A DNA stretch of 64,000 bases from an uncultured delta proteobacterium (GCA_963766715.1 CAVYBH010000012.1:320001-384000), one strand, 5' to 3'; numbered from the stretch's first letter, positions 24,341 through 35,927 are shown. Notes: generated from the sequence alone by a model not told the origin. Numbers and translations are program-made.

Positions 24341-24952
24341 GGGCGTGCGCCAGGCGTCTCCGCGGTGGCGGGGGTTCCGGCGGTCGTCGCGGGAGCACTC
24401 GAGCTGGAGCGCCACGCTGCGCTGGAAGGCCGCGACCATGGGGGCGAACCGGGAGGCGTCCTGCTCGATCGCGCCGAGCGCGAGGGCCACCGCCTCCAGG
24501 GTGGAGAGGTGGACCTCGCCCGGCTCCCGGCGCAGGTCCCCGTATCCACTGGGGCGCCGGGCGTCCACAGAGACCCGCGGGAGGGCCGACAGCGCCGGAG
24601 AGAGCCGGAGCATCTTCTCCGACTGGTGCCAGGTTCCGTCGATCGCGAAGAGCACCGGGGGAGGGCGGCCGGCCAGGTCCCCCGCGTCCACCGAGCCGGG
24701 GCCGGGATAGAGCAGGGCGGCGCCGGGAATCGCGGCGAGCTCCCGGACCCGGGCGTGCGCCTCGAAGGCGACGCCGCCGTGGAGCTCGGCGTTCTCGAGC
24801 GAGATCCGGGTCAGCCACGCGCTGCAGATGGCGAGCCGCGCCTCGCGTGGGTGCTGCAGGAGGACCACCCGGGTCCGGGAAGGGGCCGCGAGGAGCCCCT
24901 GGCAGACGCAGAAGGCCTCGGGGCGCAGGCAGCGGTCGCAGCGGGCGCGCAA
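24275..24952 (-). CDS. tapT: tRNA-uridine aminocarboxypropyltransferase (DTW domain)
   Basis: CDRC..CVC, LLQHPRE, LLYP, DGTW, LSTLEA; true stop may be TAA at 24337 if a homopolymer base is extra. Confidence 0.85.
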   Translation of the reverse strand: MRARCDRCLRPEAFCVCQGLLAAPSRTRVVLLQHPREARLAICSAWLTRISLENAELHGGVAFEAHARVRELAAIPGAALLYPGPGSVDAGDLAGRPPPVLFAIDGTWHQSEKMLRLSPALSALPRVSVDARRPSGYGDLRREPGEVHLSTLEAVALALGAIEQDASRFAPMVAAFQRSVALQLECSRDDRRNPRHRGDAWRTPLTGPEHEEDRADDAGEPERGV

Positions 24953-24956
24953 GGGG

Positions 24957-25800
24957 CTACCAGTCCGCCGCCACGTCGGCCGTCGACGCGCGCGGCTCGA
25001 GGCGGATGGCGCCGTGAGGGCAGGCCGACCGGCAGGTCCCGCACCCCCAGCACGCCGTCCGATCGAGGGCCACCGCCCCCTCGCCGGCCGGCCGGATGGC
25101 GTCGAACGGGCAGCGGGGGACGCACGCGCCGCAGCCGTCGCAGCGCCCGGGGTCCTGGCGGGCCACGTCCTCCCCCTTCCACATCACCCGGACGCCGCCC
25201 GTCAGCTGGACCTTCATCGCCAGGCAGCCGCTCGGCAGGTTGCAGTTGCAGATCGCGGCCACGAAGGGGGTGAGGAAGGTCCAGGCGGTGTGGGCGAGGC
25301 CAGCCGCCTCGGCGCGCCGCAGGACCGCGAGCGCCTGGGACTTCGTCAGCTTCTCGAATCCCTGGGCCCCGGGTCCCCCGGCGTAGTCGCGGAAGGCCTC
25401 GGAGAGCGTCCCGTCGTGGGAGGCCACGGTCATCACGATGCAGCAGGACTCGGCGTCGGAGCCCGGCTTCATCGCCCCACGGCACACGCAGGGGAGCCGG
25501 GTGATGTTCGTCGCGCGGTCGAAGATCCGGGCGCACTCCTCGAGGGGGATGGGCTGCCCGAAGTGCTCCCGCTGCTGGCTCGCCGTGACCCGCTCGGCCA
25601 CGGCCTTCTCGAGGGGGCGGGGGAGGTACCGGAGCGCGGCCAGCCCGACGTCGACCGACCGGCGGGTCCGCTCGAAGTTCCGGACGAAGTCGACCATGAA
25701 CCCCCTGCCGGCGGAGGTCACTCTCCAGGTCGAACGCGTAGTTCTTCGCGTTCGCGTACCAGCGCTTGCCATCGCCGTGCTGGACGCAGAACGTGCACAT
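24957..25800 (-). CDS. 4Fe-4S dicluster protein with extra Cys motifs; frameshift ~25705
   Basis: MCTFCVQHGDGKRWY, CVCR, CC, ICNC..GC, plus CDGCGAC..RCP and CWGCGTC..ACP. Confidence 0.8.
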
Positions 25801-25822
25801 GGGGGCGAAGTCCGGGACGGGC

Positions 25823-26146
25823 TCAGAATACGGCCAGGAGCTCGACCTCGAAGACCAGGGTGGCGCCGGGCGGGATCTCCGGGGGCGCACCGCGCGACCC
25901 GTAGGCCAGGTCCGGGGGAAGGGTGAGCTTGCGCTTGCCCCCCACCTTCATGCCCGCGACGCCGCGATCCCAGCCCTCGATCACCTCGCCCGCCCCCAGA
26001 TGGAAGGTGAACGGGCTCCCCCCGACGGAGGAATCGAACTTCGTGCCGTCGACGAGCCAGCCGGTGTAGTGCACCTGAACGCTCTTTCCCCGGACGGCCT
26101 CCGCCCCCTTGCCGGTCACCAGGTCCTCGATCTTGGGCTTCGCCAT
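25823..26146 (-). CDS. FKBP-type peptidyl-prolyl cis-trans isomerase
   Basis: [49 protein letters not shown]. Confidence 0.95.
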   Translation of the reverse strand: MAKPKIEDLVTGKGAEAVRGKSVQVHYTGWLVDGTKFDSSVGGSPFTFHLGAGEVIEGWDRGVAGMKVGGKRKLTLPPDLAYGSRGAPPEIPPGATLVFEVELLAVF

Positions 26147-26265
26147 GGACGCCTCCGGGGCGGCGCCCGGGATGGACGCACGCAGGCCGGAGGACTACCC
26201 GGTCGATGGCGGGGAGGCAAGGGGAGGGCCCCTCCGTCCACGAAGGGTGCGCCGCGCCTGGCCTG

Positions 26266-26294
26266 TTGCAGAATCGCTTCCAGGTGCGTAAACC
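26266..26294 (+). promoter_or_regulatory. Sigma70-like promoter for the histone H1-like gene
   Basis: TTGCAG-17 nt-TAAACC, ~50 nt before ATG 26343. Confidence 0.4.
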
Positions 26295-26342
26295 ATTGGT
26301 CGCGCCAGCATTCGGGCGAAACGTCATACGGGAGGAGAGAGC

Positions 26343-26756
26343 ATGAACGGGGAGCAGGAGAACGTCGCACAGCCGACCTTCAGTGAATCCGTCGTCGCGA
26401 AGGTCGAGGAGGGAAAGGCCGCGCTCGACAAGGACGTCAAGATCGTCGCGGCCGAGTTCGACGCCAGCGTGAAGAAGGCCAAGGCCACCGTGAAGAAGGC
26501 CAAGGCCCAGGCGAAGAAGTTCGTCGCCCAGGTGAAGAAGGAAGTGAAGAAGGACATCCGCAAGGCGAAGGCCGCCGGCAAGTCGGCCAGGGCCGCGGTG
26601 AAGAGCGATTTCCGCAAGGTGAAGGCCGCCGGCAAGAAGGCCAGCGCCGCCGTGAAGAGCGACTTCCGCAAGGTGAAGGCCGCTGCCAAGAAGGCCGCGA
26701 AGCCTGCGAAGAAGGTCGCGAAGAAGCCGGTCAAGAAGGCCGGCAAGAAGAAGTAG
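26343..26756 (+). CDS. Lys/Ala-rich histone H1-like protein
   Basis: 137 aa, mostly K/A/V, KKAAKP-type tail; strong SD GGAGGAG; terminator follows. Confidence 0.75.
   Translation: MNGEQENVAQPTFSESVVAKVEEGKAALDKDVKIVAAEFDASVKKAKATVKKAKAQAKKFVAQVKKEVKKDIRKAKAAGKSARAAVKSDFRKVKAAGKKASAAVKSDFRKVKAAAKKAAKPAKKVAKKPVKKAGKKK
26544..26705 (+). repeat. Three tandem 54-bp (18-aa) coding repeats
   Basis: Units start at 26544, 26598 and 26652: [18 protein letters not shown] / [18 protein letters not shown] / [18 protein letters not shown]. Confidence 0.85.
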
Positions 26757-26771
26757 ACGGCCGGGGTCCCA

Positions 26772-26823
26772 GGGGGCGCGCCGTCCGTGGCCTTCGCCAC
26801 GGGGGCTGCGCCCCTTTCCTTTG
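26772..26823 (+). terminator. Rho-independent terminator
   Basis: GGGGCGC..CCGTGGC-CTTC-GCCACGG..GCGCCCC stem followed by TTTCCTTTT. Confidence 0.75.
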
Positions 26824-26878
26824 CGCCCCGTGTGGATCTCGTGGACGGGTCGCGCGAGTTCTGCTTTCCTTCCGGGTC

Positions 26879-28498
26879 ATGGCCACTCCAGTCTTCCAGT
26901 ATCAGGACCCGTTCCCGCTCTCGAAGGACCAGACCCGCTACCGCCTGATCGGCAAGGAAGGCGTCTCGGTCACGACCTTCGAGGGCAAGGAGATCCTCAA
27001 GGTCGAGCCGTCCGCGCTCGAGCAGGTCGCGCACGAGTCCATGCGGGAGCTCTCCTTCTTCCTTCGCCCCGCGCACAACGAGCAGGTCGCGAAGATCCTC
27101 TCCGACCCCGAAGCCTCGCAGAACGACAAGGGCGTGGCGGTCGCCTTCCTGCGCAACGCCGAGATCGCGGCCCAGGGCGACCTGCCCATCTGCCAGGACA
27201 CCGGCACGGCCACCGTGATGGGGAAGAAGGGGCAGCAGGTCTGGACCGGGGTGAAGGACGAGGAGTGGATCTCCAAGGGCGTGTACCGCACCTACACCGA
27301 GGAGAACCTGCGCTACTCGCAGACCGCGCCGCTCAACATGTACGACGAGGTCAACACCGGCACGAACCTGCCGGCCCAGATCGACCTCTACGCGACCGAG
27401 GGCGCCGAGTACAAGTTCCTCTTCGTGGCCAAGGGCGGCGGCTCCGCCAACAAGACCATGCTCTGGCAGGAGACGAAGGCGCTGCTCACGCCGGAGAAGC
27501 TCGAGAAGTTCCTCGTCGACAAGATGAAGTACCTCGGCACCGCCGCCTGCCCGCCGTACCACATCGCCGCGGTCATCGGCGGCACGTCGGCCGAGCAGAC
27601 CCTGAAGGTGGTGAAGCTCGCCTCCACCAAGTACTACGACGGCCTCCCCACAGAGGGAAACGCGCACGGCCAGGCTTTCCGCGACGTCGAGCTCGAGAAG
27701 CGGCTCCTCGACGCGGCCAACAAGCTCGGCATCGGCGCGCAGTTCGGCGGCAAGTACTTCGCCCACGACATCCGCGTGGTCCGCCTGCCGCGGCACGGCG
27801 CCTCCTGCCCGGTGGGCATGGGCGTCTCCTGCTCGGCCGACCGCAACATGAAGGCCAAGATCAACCGGGACGGGATTCGGATCGAGGAGCTCGATCGGAA
27901 CCCCGGGCGCCTCATCCCCGCCGAGTACCGCGGCAAGCACGGCCACGGGGTGAAGATCGACCTGAACCGCCCGATGAAGGAGATCGTGGCCGAGCTGTCG
28001 AAGCATCCGGTGTCGACGCCGCTGCTCCTCAACGGGACGCTGGTGGTCGCCCGCGACATCGCCCACGCCAAGTTCAAGGAGCTCATCGACTCGGGCAAGG
28101 GAGTCCCCGAGTACCTGAAGAACCACCCCGTCTACTACGCCGGCCCGGCCAAGACGCCGAAGGGCAAGGCCTCGGGCTCCTTCGGGCCCACGACCGCCGG
28201 GCGCATGGACTCGTACGTGGACCTGCTGCAGTCCCACGGCGCCTCGCTCGTCATGATCGCGAAGGGAAACCGCAGCCAGCAGGTGACCGACGCCTGCAAG
28301 AAGTACGGCGGGTTCTACCTGGGCTCGATCGGCGGCCCCGCGGCGGTTCTGGCCGAGGAGAACATCAAGAAGGTCGAGTGCATCGACTTCCCCGAGCTCG
28401 GCATGGAGGCGGTCTGGAAGATCGAGGTCGAGAACTTCCCGGCCTTCATCCTGGTCGACGACAAGGGGACCGACTTCTTCAAGAAGCTCGGGATTTAG
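26879..28498 (+). CDS. fumA: Fumarate hydratase class I (Fe-S)
   Basis: [47 protein letters not shown]. Confidence 0.96.
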   Translation: MATPVFQYQDPFPLSKDQTRYRLIGKEGVSVTTFEGKEILKVEPSALEQVAHESMRELSFFLRPAHNEQVAKILSDPEASQNDKGVAVAFLRNAEIAAQGDLPICQDTGTATVMGKKGQQVWTGVKDEEWISKGVYRTYTEENLRYSQTAPLNMYDEVNTGTNLPAQIDLYATEGAEYKFLFVAKGGGSANKTMLWQETKALLTPEKLEKFLVDKMKYLGTAACPPYHIAAVIGGTSAEQTLKVVKLASTKYYDGLPTEGNAHGQAFRDVELEKRLLDAANKLGIGAQFGGKYFAHDIRVVRLPRHGASCPVGMGVSCSADRNMKAKINRDGIRIEELDRNPGRLIPAEYRGKHGHGVKIDLNRPMKEIVAELSKHPVSTPLLLNGTLVVARDIAHAKFKELIDSGKGVPEYLKNHPVYYAGPAKTPKGKASGSFGPTTAGRMDSYVDLLQSHGASLVMIAKGNRSQQVTDACKKYGGFYLGSIGGPAAVLAEENIKKVECIDFPELGMEAVWKIEVENFPAFILVDDKGTDFFKKLGI

Positions 28499-28517
28499 CG
28501 AACGTTGACGTCCGCGC

Positions 28518-28554
28518 GGCCCCGCGCGTCCTCCGGGACGTCCGGGGCCGTTTT
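28518..28554 (+). terminator. Probable intrinsic terminator after fumA
   Basis: GGCCC..CGTCC-loop-GGACG..GGGCC followed by GTTTT. Confidence 0.5.
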
Positions 28555-28610
28555 GCGCCCGATTGGGTCGTGTATACTCTTCCGCCCATTTCCCGAACCG
28601 CCGGACGGTC

Positions 28611-30024
28611 ATGAACGAGCCCCGAACGCTGCTGCAGAAGATTCTGGGATGCCCACGTCGTCGCCCAGGAGGAGGGCGCCCCCGCCATCCTCTACGTCGA
28701 CCGCCACCTCGTCCACGAGGTGACGTCGCCCCAGGCCTTCACCGGCCTTCGCGCGCGCAAGATCGGGGTGAGGCGCCCCGAGCTCACCACCGCCACCGCC
28801 GACCACTCCATCCCCACCCGGGGGCCGGTGGTGGACGCGCAGGCGGCGGCCCAGCTCGCGCAGCTCGAGGAGAACTGCCGCGAGTTCGGCGTCCCCCTCC
28901 ACGGCCGCGACAGCCCGACCCAGGGCATCGTGCACGTGATGGGTCCGGAGCTCGGGCTCACCCAGCCGGGCATGACCATCGTCTGCGGGGACAGCCACAC
29001 CGCGACCCACGGCGCCTTCGGGGCGCTGGCCTTCGGGATCGGCACGAGCGAGGTCGAGCACGTGCTCGCGACCCAGTGCCTGCTCCAGCACCGGCCGAAG
29101 AACTACGAGGTCCGCGTCGAGGGACGGCTCGCGCCCGGGGTCACGGCGAAGGACGTCATCCTGGCGCTCATCGCCCGCATCGGCGTGGGCGGGGGCACCG
29201 GCCACGTCTTCGAGTTCTGCGGCCCGGCGATCCGCGCCCTCGACATGGAGGAGCGGATGACGGTCTGCAACATGGCCATCGAGGGCGGCGCCCGCGCCGG
29301 CCTCATCGCTCCCGACGAGACGACCTTCGCCTATCTCCAGGGGCGTCCCGCGTCGCCGAAGGGCGAGGCGTGGGACCGCGCGGTGGCCCGCTGGCGGACC
29401 CTGCCCACCGACCCGGGGGCCCGCTTCGACCGCACCATCACGATCGACGCGTCCTCGCTGGAGCCGATGATCACCTACGGGACCAACCCCGGCATGGGCA
29501 TCGGCATCGGCGGGCGCGTCCCCGACCCGGCGGCCCTCGGCGAGGCCTCTCAGCGGGCCGCGATGGAGAAGGCGCTCGGGTACATGGGGCTCCGCCCCGG
29601 TCAGCCCCTGGCCGGCCAGCCGGTCCAGGTGGTCTTCATCGGGAGCTGCACGAACGGGCGGATCTCCGACCTGCGCGCCGCCGCCTCGGTCCTTCGCGGC
29701 CGCAAGGTCGCCCCCGGGATGCGCGTGCTCGTCGTCCCGGGCTCGCAGCAGGTGAAGAAGCAGGCCGAGGCCGAGGGGCTCGACCGGGTCTTCATCGAGT
29801 CCGGAGCGGAGTGGCGCAACCCGGGCTGTTCCATGTGCATCGCCATGAACGGCGACCAGCTCCAGCCGGGCGAGTACGCGGTCTCCACCTCCAACCGGAA
29901 CTTCGAGGGGCGCCAGGGCAAGGGCGGCCGCACGCTGCTCGCCTCGCCGCTCACCGCCGCCGCGTCGGCCGTCACCGGGAAGGTCACCGACCCCCGGACG
30001 CTCACCCGCTCCCAGGGAGCCTGA
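28611..30024 (+). CDS. leuC: 3-isopropylmalate dehydratase large subunit; frameshift ~28643
   Basis: [60 protein letters not shown]. Confidence 0.96.
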
Positions 30025-30026
30025 TC

Positions 30027-30623
30027 ATGGCCCAGTTCACCACGCTCACCTCCCGCGTCGTCGTGCTGCACCGGCACGACATCGACACCGACCAGATCAT
30101 CCCGGCGCGCTTCCTCAAGACCACCGACAAGACCGGCCTGGGCTCGGCCCTGTTCGCCGACTGGCGGTACGGCGCCGACGGGACGCCGCACCCCACCTTC
30201 GAGGTGAACCTGCCCCGCGCGAAGGGGGCGCAGGTCCTCCTCGTCGGCGACAACTTCGGCTGCGGAAGCTCCCGCGAGCACGCGCCCTGGGCGCTGACCG
30301 GCTTCGGCTTCCGGGCCGTCGTGGCCACCTCGTTCGCCGACATCTTCCGGAACAACGCCCTGAAGAACGGGCTCCTGCCGGTGGCCATCGACGCGGCGGC
30401 GCACGCGTCCCTGCTCGCCCAGCTGGCGAGCGATCCCGAGGCGCAGGTCACGGTCGACCTGGCCCGCCAGACGCTGCGCCTTCCCGACGGGACCGAGGTG
30501 ACGTTCCCCATCGATCCGTTCGCCCGGACCTGCCTGCTCGAGGGGGTCGACGAGCTCGGCTACATCCTGCGGTTCGAGTCCCGCATCGCGGAGCACGAGA
30601 GGCGGCAGCGGGAGGGCGCGTGA
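30027..30623 (+). CDS. leuD: 3-isopropylmalate dehydratase small subunit
   Basis: [40 protein letters not shown]. Confidence 0.96.
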   Translation: MAQFTTLTSRVVVLHRHDIDTDQIIPARFLKTTDKTGLGSALFADWRYGADGTPHPTFEVNLPRAKGAQVLLVGDNFGCGSSREHAPWALTGFGFRAVVATSFADIFRNNALKNGLLPVAIDAAAHASLLAQLASDPEAQVTVDLARQTLRLPDGTEVTFPIDPFARTCLLEGVDELGYILRFESRIAEHERRQREGA

Positions 30624-32164
30624 TCCAGATCTACGACACGACCCTGCGCGACGGCACGCAGCGGGAGGGCATCTCCCTCTCCTGCGACGACAAGATCGCG
30701 GTGGCGATCCGGCTCGACGAGCTGGGGGTGGCGTTCATCGAGGGGGGCTGGCCCGGCTCCAACCCCAAGGACGCCGAGTTCTTCTCCCGGGCCCGGGACA
30801 TGGCCTGGAAGACGGCGCGCATCGCCGCCTTCGGATCGACCTGCCGGGTCGGTGGGGTCCCCGAGGACGACGCCAACATCCGGGCGCTCGTGGACTCGGG
30901 TGCGCCGGTCTGCACCGTGGTGGGAAAGACCTGGACCCTCCACGTCACCGAGGTGCTCCGGGCCTCGCTCGAGGAGAACCTCCGGATCATCGAGGCCAGC
31001 CTGGCCTTCCTCTCGGCCCAGGGCCGGCGGGTGATCTACGACGCCGAGCACTTCTTCGACGGCTGGCGCGCCGATCCGGCCTATGCGCTCGCCACGCTCG
31101 AGGCGGCGGCGCGCGGCGGCGCCGAGACGGTCGTCCTGTGCGACACGAACGGCGGGTCGCTGCCGTGGCAGATCGCCGACGTGGTCCGGCAGGTGCGGGC
31201 GAAGATCCGGACGCCGCTCGGCATCCACGCCCACAACGACAGCGAGACCGCGGTGGCGAACTCGCTGGCCGCGGTCCACGAGGGCGTGGTGCAGGTCCAG
31301 GGCACCGTGAACGGCTACGGGGAGCGGTGCGGAAACGCCAACCTCTGCTCGGTCATCCCCGCGCTGGAGGCGAAGATGGGGCTCCCGTGCCTCCCGGCCG
31401 GGCGGCTCGCCACCCTGACGGAGGTGGCCCGGTTCGTCACCGAGGTCACGAACCAGGCGCCCAACGACCACCAGCCCTACGTGGGGAAGTCGGCCTTCGC
31501 CCACAAGGGAGGCATCCACGTGGCCGCCATGCGGCGGAACGAGGCCACCTACCAGCACCTCGACCCGGCGCTCGTCGGCAACCGGATGCGGGTGGTGGTG
31601 AGCGAGCTCTCCGGGAGAGGGAACCTGCTCTCCAAGGCCGAGGAGCTGGGACTCGCCGGGGCCGACATGGCCGGCGTGCTCGGGGAGATCAAGGACCTCG
31701 AGGCGAAGGGATTCTCGTTCGAGGCCGCCGAGGCCTCCGTGGCCGTGATGATGAAGCGCCAGGAGCCGGGCTACCGGCCCCCCTTCGAGCTGATGGACTT
31801 CCTGGTGAACGTCGAGCACCGCACCGGCCGCGGGATCTTCGCCGAGGCCATGGTGAAGGTGCGGGTCGACGGCGAGGTCCTCCACACCGCCGCCGAGGGT
31901 TCCGGGCCGGTCGACGCGCTCGACACCGCGCTGCGGAAGGCGCTCGCCCCGCGCTACCCGCGGGTCGTCGACATGAAGCTCACCGACTACAAGGTCCGCA
32001 TCCTGGACAGCGACCGGGGCACGGGCGCCATCACCCGCGTCCTCATCGACACGCACATGGGCGACCGGCGCTGGAGCACGGTCGGCGCCTCCACCAACAT
32101 CATCGAGGCCAGCTGGCGGGCGCTCAGCGACTCCGTCGAGTACGGGCTCACCGTGGCGACGTAG
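30620..32164 (+). CDS. cimA: Citramalate synthase (LeuA-related, TIGR00977-like)
   Basis: [67 protein letters not shown]. Confidence 0.85.
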   Translation: MIQIYDTTLRDGTQREGISLSCDDKIAVAIRLDELGVAFIEGGWPGSNPKDAEFFSRARDMAWKTARIAAFGSTCRVGGVPEDDANIRALVDSGAPVCTVVGKTWTLHVTEVLRASLEENLRIIEASLAFLSAQGRRVIYDAEHFFDGWRADPAYALATLEAAARGGAETVVLCDTNGGSLPWQIADVVRQVRAKIRTPLGIHAHNDSETAVANSLAAVHEGVVQVQGTVNGYGERCGNANLCSVIPALEAKMGLPCLPAGRLATLTEVARFVTEVTNQAPNDHQPYVGKSAFAHKGGIHVAAMRRNEATYQHLDPALVGNRMRVVVSELSGRGNLLSKAEELGLAGADMAGVLGEIKDLEAKGFSFEAAEASVAVMMKRQEPGYRPPFELMDFLVNVEHRTGRGIFAEAMVKVRVDGEVLHTAAEGSGPVDALDTALRKALAPRYPRVVDMKLTDYKVRILDSDRGTGAITRVLIDTHMGDRRWSTVGASTNIIEASWRALSDSVEYGLTVAT

Positions 32165-32187
32165 GCGCGCGAAGGCGAGGAGACGGC

Positions 32188-33246
32188 ATGAAGGCGAGGA
32201 TCGTGGTGCTGCCCGGCGACGGGATCGGGCCCGAGGTGACGGCGGAGGCGCTGCGCGTGCTCGGCGAGGTGGCCAGGCGGGGAGGGCACGAGTTCCGCTT
32301 CGACGAGCGCCTGATGGGCGGCTGCTCCATCGACGCCCACGGGACGGCGCTCACGCCCGAGGTGCTCCGCGACTGCCAGGGCGCCGACGCCGTGCTGCTG
32401 GGCGCCGTCGGCGGGCCGAAGTGGGACGATCCGAAGGCCAAGGTGCGCCCGGAGCAGGGGTTGCTCGCCCTGCGCAAGGGGCTCGGGGTCTTCGCGAACC
32501 TGAGGCCGGTGCGGGTGCACCCGGCGCTCGTCGACGCGTCGCCGCTCAAGGCCGACAGGCTGGCCGGCGTGGACATCCTGGTCATCCGCGAGCTGACGGG
32601 CGGCCTCTACTTCGGCGAGCCCAAGGGGCGTCACGTGAAGGACGGCCACGAGCACGCCGTCGACACCCTCGACTACGCCGACTACGAGGTCCGGCGGGTC
32701 ACCGAGCTCGCCTTCCGGCTGGCGAAGGGAAGGCGGCGAAAGGTCACGTCGGTGGACAAGGCCAACGTGCTGGAGTCGTCGCGCCTCTGGCGCCAGGTCG
32801 CCACCGCGGTGGGGGGCGAGAATCCCGACGTGGCGCTCGACCACATGCTGGTCGACACCGCCGCCATGCGGCTCGTGCAGGCCCCGGCCAGCTTCGACGT
32901 GCTCGTCACCGAGAACATGTTCGGGGACATCCTCACCGACGAGGCGGCCGTGCTGGCCGGGTCGATGGGGATGCTGCCGTCCGCGTCGCTGGGAGCCGGG
33001 GGCCCCGGGCTCTACGAGCCCATCCACGGCTCCGCGCCCGACATCGCGGGGAAGGGCATCGCCAATCCGCTGGGGACGATCCTCTCGGCGGCCATGATGC
33101 TCCGCCACTCGCTCGGGCTCGAGTCGGAGGCTGCCACGGTGGAGCGGGCCGCGGACGCGGCGATCACCGGCGGCGCCCGGACGGCCGACCTGGGGGGCAA
33201 GCTCACCACCCGGGCCATGGCCGACGAGGTCCTCCGCCGGCTCTAG
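32188..33246 (+). CDS. leuB: 3-isopropylmalate dehydrogenase
   Basis: [55 protein letters not shown]. Confidence 0.96.
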   Translation: MKARIVVLPGDGIGPEVTAEALRVLGEVARRGGHEFRFDERLMGGCSIDAHGTALTPEVLRDCQGADAVLLGAVGGPKWDDPKAKVRPEQGLLALRKGLGVFANLRPVRVHPALVDASPLKADRLAGVDILVIRELTGGLYFGEPKGRHVKDGHEHAVDTLDYADYEVRRVTELAFRLAKGRRRKVTSVDKANVLESSRLWRQVATAVGGENPDVALDHMLVDTAAMRLVQAPASFDVLVTENMFGDILTDEAAVLAGSMGMLPSASLGAGGPGLYEPIHGSAPDIAGKGIANPLGTILSAAMMLRHSLGLESEAATVERAADAAITGGARTADLGGKLTTRAMADEVLRRL

Positions 33247-33258
33247 GGCTCCGGGGGG

Positions 33259-33450
33259 TCAGTCCTCCGGGATGGGCTGCGGTCCGGGGACGATGCCGGC
33301 GATGTCCGGATCCTCGCCGGGAGCGAGCGGGCTGCTCGGCTGCTCGCCCTTCTCGCGCTTGCGCTGCTCCTTCTTCTCGTCCTTCTTGCGCTGCTTGTCG
33401 CGGCGGGCTGCTTCCTTCTGGCGCTTCGTGGATCCCGGGTTGAAGACCAT
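33259..33450 (-). CDS. Small basic protein downstream of the cold-shock gene
   Basis: 63 aa, K/R-rich helix then EDPDIAGIVPGPQP; SD AGGAGG. Confidence 0.7.
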   Translation of the reverse strand: MVFNPGSTKRQKEAARRDKQRKKDEKKEQRKREKGEQPSSPLAPGEDPDIAGIVPGPQPIPED

Positions 33451-33493
33451 GGGACCTCCTCGCTGTGTGGGCCACTCGGCCCGGGAAATGCGA

Positions 33494-33517
33494 AGGCCCG
33501 GCCGACGGCCGGGCCTC
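33494..33517 (-). terminator. GC hairpin between csp and the small protein gene (terminator or stability element)
   Basis: AGGCCCGGCC-GAC-GGCCGGGCCT inverted repeat; weak U-tract. Confidence 0.4.
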
Positions 33518-33540
33518 CACCGAACGGCTCGGCTCGCTGC

Positions 33541-33744
33541 CTACAGCGGCCGGACGTTGGCGGCCTGAAGACCCTTCGGCCCCTTCTTGACCTCGAACTC
33601 CACCCGCTGCCCTTCCTTCAGGGTGCGGAACCCTTCCGTCTGGATGGCCGTGTGGTGGCAGAAGACATCCTCACCACCGCCGTCCTGCGTGATGAAGCCA
33701 AAGCCCTTCGCATCATTGAACCACTTCACGACTCCACTGGCCAT
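33541..33744 (-). CDS. Cold-shock protein (CspA family)
   Basis: [15 protein letters not shown] (RNP1), DVFCHHTAI (RNP2), [11 protein letters not shown]. Confidence 0.97.
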   Translation of the reverse strand: MASGVVKWFNDAKGFGFITQDGGGEDVFCHHTAIQTEGFRTLKEGQRVEFEVKKGPKGLQAANVRPL

Positions 33745-33820
33745 CCAGCACTTCCTTCTCGTTCGCGCGGGAACCGTTCCCGCCGGGCCCGGGCCACCCG
33801 AGTAGCGCGGGTCGCCAAAT

Positions 33821-33849
33821 TTTTTAGCGCGCCTGCAACGGTTTGTCGA
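33821..33849 (-). promoter_or_regulatory. Sigma70 promoter of the cold-shock gene
   Basis: TCGACA (33849-33844)-17 nt-TAAAAA (33826-33821); ~70-nt 5' UTR with a hairpin. Confidence 0.55.
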
Positions 33850-33857
33850 GGGACCGC

Positions 33858-35927
33858 TCAGCCGACCCGGTCGAACCGGGCGAAGCGCATGGTGAACACG
33901 GCTCGCCCCTGGGTGGACGAGCGGAGCTCCGTGGCGTAGCCGAACATCCGCCGCAGGGGGGCCTCCCCCTCCACGACCTTGACCGCCTGTCCCCGGTCGG
34001 AGACGTCGAGGATCGCCCCCTGGCGCCGGTCGAGGCTCGCCAGGACCTCGCCCAGGTACTCCTCGGGGAGGACCACCTCGGTCTGCATGATGGGCTCCAG
34101 GATGACGGGCCCCGCCCGGGTCGCGCCGTCGCGGACCGCGTCGGCGACCGCCACCTTGTAGGCGAAGGGCTTGGAGGCTCCCTCCCGCCAGGTGGCCCCG
34201 AGGAGGGTGACCTCGACGTCCTGGAGCGGGTGGCCTTCCAGGACGCCCGTCTCGGCGGCCTCCCGGGCGCCGGCCTGGGCCATCTCGAGGACCTCGCCCC
34301 GGAGGAACGGAAGGGCCTGGGCCTCGGGGGCGACGGTGAAGCGGAAGCCGGCGCCGCGCGCCAGCGGGGCCACCCGGACGCGGGCCTGGCCGAAGATCTC
34401 GTCGTCCTCGAGGGAACGCTCGAACTGGGCCTGCCCCTCGGCCACCGCCGTGAGGGTCTCGCGGAGCAGCACCTGGGGCTCACCGGTCCGCACCTCGAGG
34501 TGGAACTCCCGCTTCAGCCGCTCGGCCACGATCTCGAGGTGGAGCTCGCCCATCCCGGAGACGAGAAGCTGGCCGGTGTCGGCGTTCTCGCCGAAGCGGA
34601 AGCTGGGGTCCTCGTCGGCGATGCGGGCCAGTGCCTCGAGGAGCAGCTCGCGGTCCCGGAGGCTCCTGGCCTCGACGGCGGCCGAGATCACCGGCTCGTA
34701 GGCGGAGATGCGCTCCAGCACGACGGCCTGCCCCGGAGTGGTCAGGGTATCTCCCGTCCTCGTGTCCTTGAGCCCCATGACCGCGAAGATCTGCCCGGCG
34801 CCCAGCGCCGGCATGCGCCGCTTCTGGGAGGCGTGCATGAGCAGCACCCGCGAGACCCGCTCCTTCTTGCGCTGGCTGGCGTTCCAGACCTCGTCCCCTT
34901 CCGCGATCCGCCCGGAGTAGACGCGGAGGAAGACGAAGCGGCGAAGCTCGTCGAGCAGCGAGACCTTGAAGGCGAGCGCGAGCAGGGGGCCGTCGTCGGC
35001 CGGGGGCGGCCCCTCGACCTCGCCGCCCTTCGCGTCGACGCCTCGTGGGGGCGGGACGTCGAGCGGAGAGGGGAGCCAGGCGCAGACCGCGTCGAGGACC
35101 TGGGGAACGCCCTTGTTGCGGAGCGCCGACCCGCAGAGGAGGGGCACGAACCTGCCGCCCAGCGTGGCCCGGCGGACCGCGGCCCCCAGCGCCTCGGGCG
35201 CGAGGTCCACGTCCGAGAGGAGCGCGTCGGCGGCTCCGTCGTCGACGTCCGCGAGGGTCTCCAGCAGGTCCCGCCGGGCCGCCTCGCCTTCCGGCGAGAG
35301 GCCGGGCGTCACCACGAAGGCGCGGGGATCGTCGCCGTCGGTGAAGGTCACGGTGTGCCGGCCCACCAGGTCCTCGAACCCGGAGAACTCCACGCCGGCC
35401 CCGAGCGGCCGATGGACGCCCGCGCACCGGTGGTCCGGGAAGTGGGCGCGCATGGAGCGCAGGGTCTCGGCGAAGTCGGCGCCGACCCGGTCCATCTTGT
35501 TGGCGAGCGCGATGCGGGGAACCCGGTAGCGGTCGGCCTGCCGCCAGACGGTCTCGCTCTGCGGCTCGACCCCGTTCACGGCGTCGAACACCACCACCGC
35601 GCCGTCGAGGACCCGCAGGCTCCGCTCCACCTCCACCGTGAAGTCGACGTGCCCCGGGGTGTCGATGAGGTGGATCTCGTGGCCGTCCCACTCGAAGCTG
35701 CTGACCGCGGAGGTGATGGTGATCCCGCGCTCCCGCTCCAGGTCCATCCAGTCCATCACGGCCAGCCCGTCGTGGACCTCCCCCATCTTGTGGGTCCGGC
35801 CGGCCGCGAAGAGGAACCGCTCCGACAGGGTGGTCTTGCCGGCGTCGATGTGGGCCATGATCCCGATGTTGCGGATGGCCCGGATCCGGCGTTGCGACGG
35901 TGGCTCCCGCGATCCCTCGCCCGACAT
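33858..35927 (-). CDS. Elongation factor G paralogue (EF-G2-like, stand-alone)
   Basis: [61 protein letters not shown]; not next to rpsL/rpsG/tuf. Confidence 0.9.
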   Translation of the reverse strand: MSGEGSREPPSQRRIRAIRNIGIMAHIDAGKTTLSERFLFAAGRTHKMGEVHDGLAVMDWMDLERERGITITSAVSSFEWDGHEIHLIDTPGHVDFTVEVERSLRVLDGAVVVFDAVNGVEPQSETVWRQADRYRVPRIALANKMDRVGADFAETLRSMRAHFPDHRCAGVHRPLGAGVEFSGFEDLVGRHTVTFTDGDDPRAFVVTPGLSPEGEAARRDLLETLADVDDGAADALLSDVDLAPEALGAAVRRATLGGRFVPLLCGSALRNKGVPQVLDAVCAWLPSPLDVPPPRGVDAKGGEVEGPPPADDGPLLALAFKVSLLDELRRFVFLRVYSGRIAEGDEVWNASQRKKERVSRVLLMHASQKRRMPALGAGQIFAVMGLKDTRTGDTLTTPGQAVVLERISAYEPVISAAVEARSLRDRELLLEALARIADEDPSFRFGENADTGQLLVSGMGELHLEIVAERLKREFHLEVRTGEPQVLLRETLTAVAEGQAQFERSLEDDEIFGQARVRVAPLARGAGFRFTVAPEAQALPFLRGEVLEMAQAGAREAAETGVLEGHPLQDVEVTLLGATWREGASKPFAYKVAVADAVRDGATRAGPVILEPIMQTEVVLPEEYLGEVLASLDRRQGAILDVSDRGQAVKVVEGEAPLRRMFGYATELRSSTQGRAVFTMRFARFDRVG

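Noticed and set aside
26544..26705. 54-bp repeats as a CRISPR array
   Set aside because: In-frame coding tandem repeats with no unique spacers and no cas genes
28499..28610. Leucine attenuator before leuC
   Set aside because: No Leu-rich leader ORF; the hairpin is better explained as the fumA terminator, followed by a TATACT -10 at 28573
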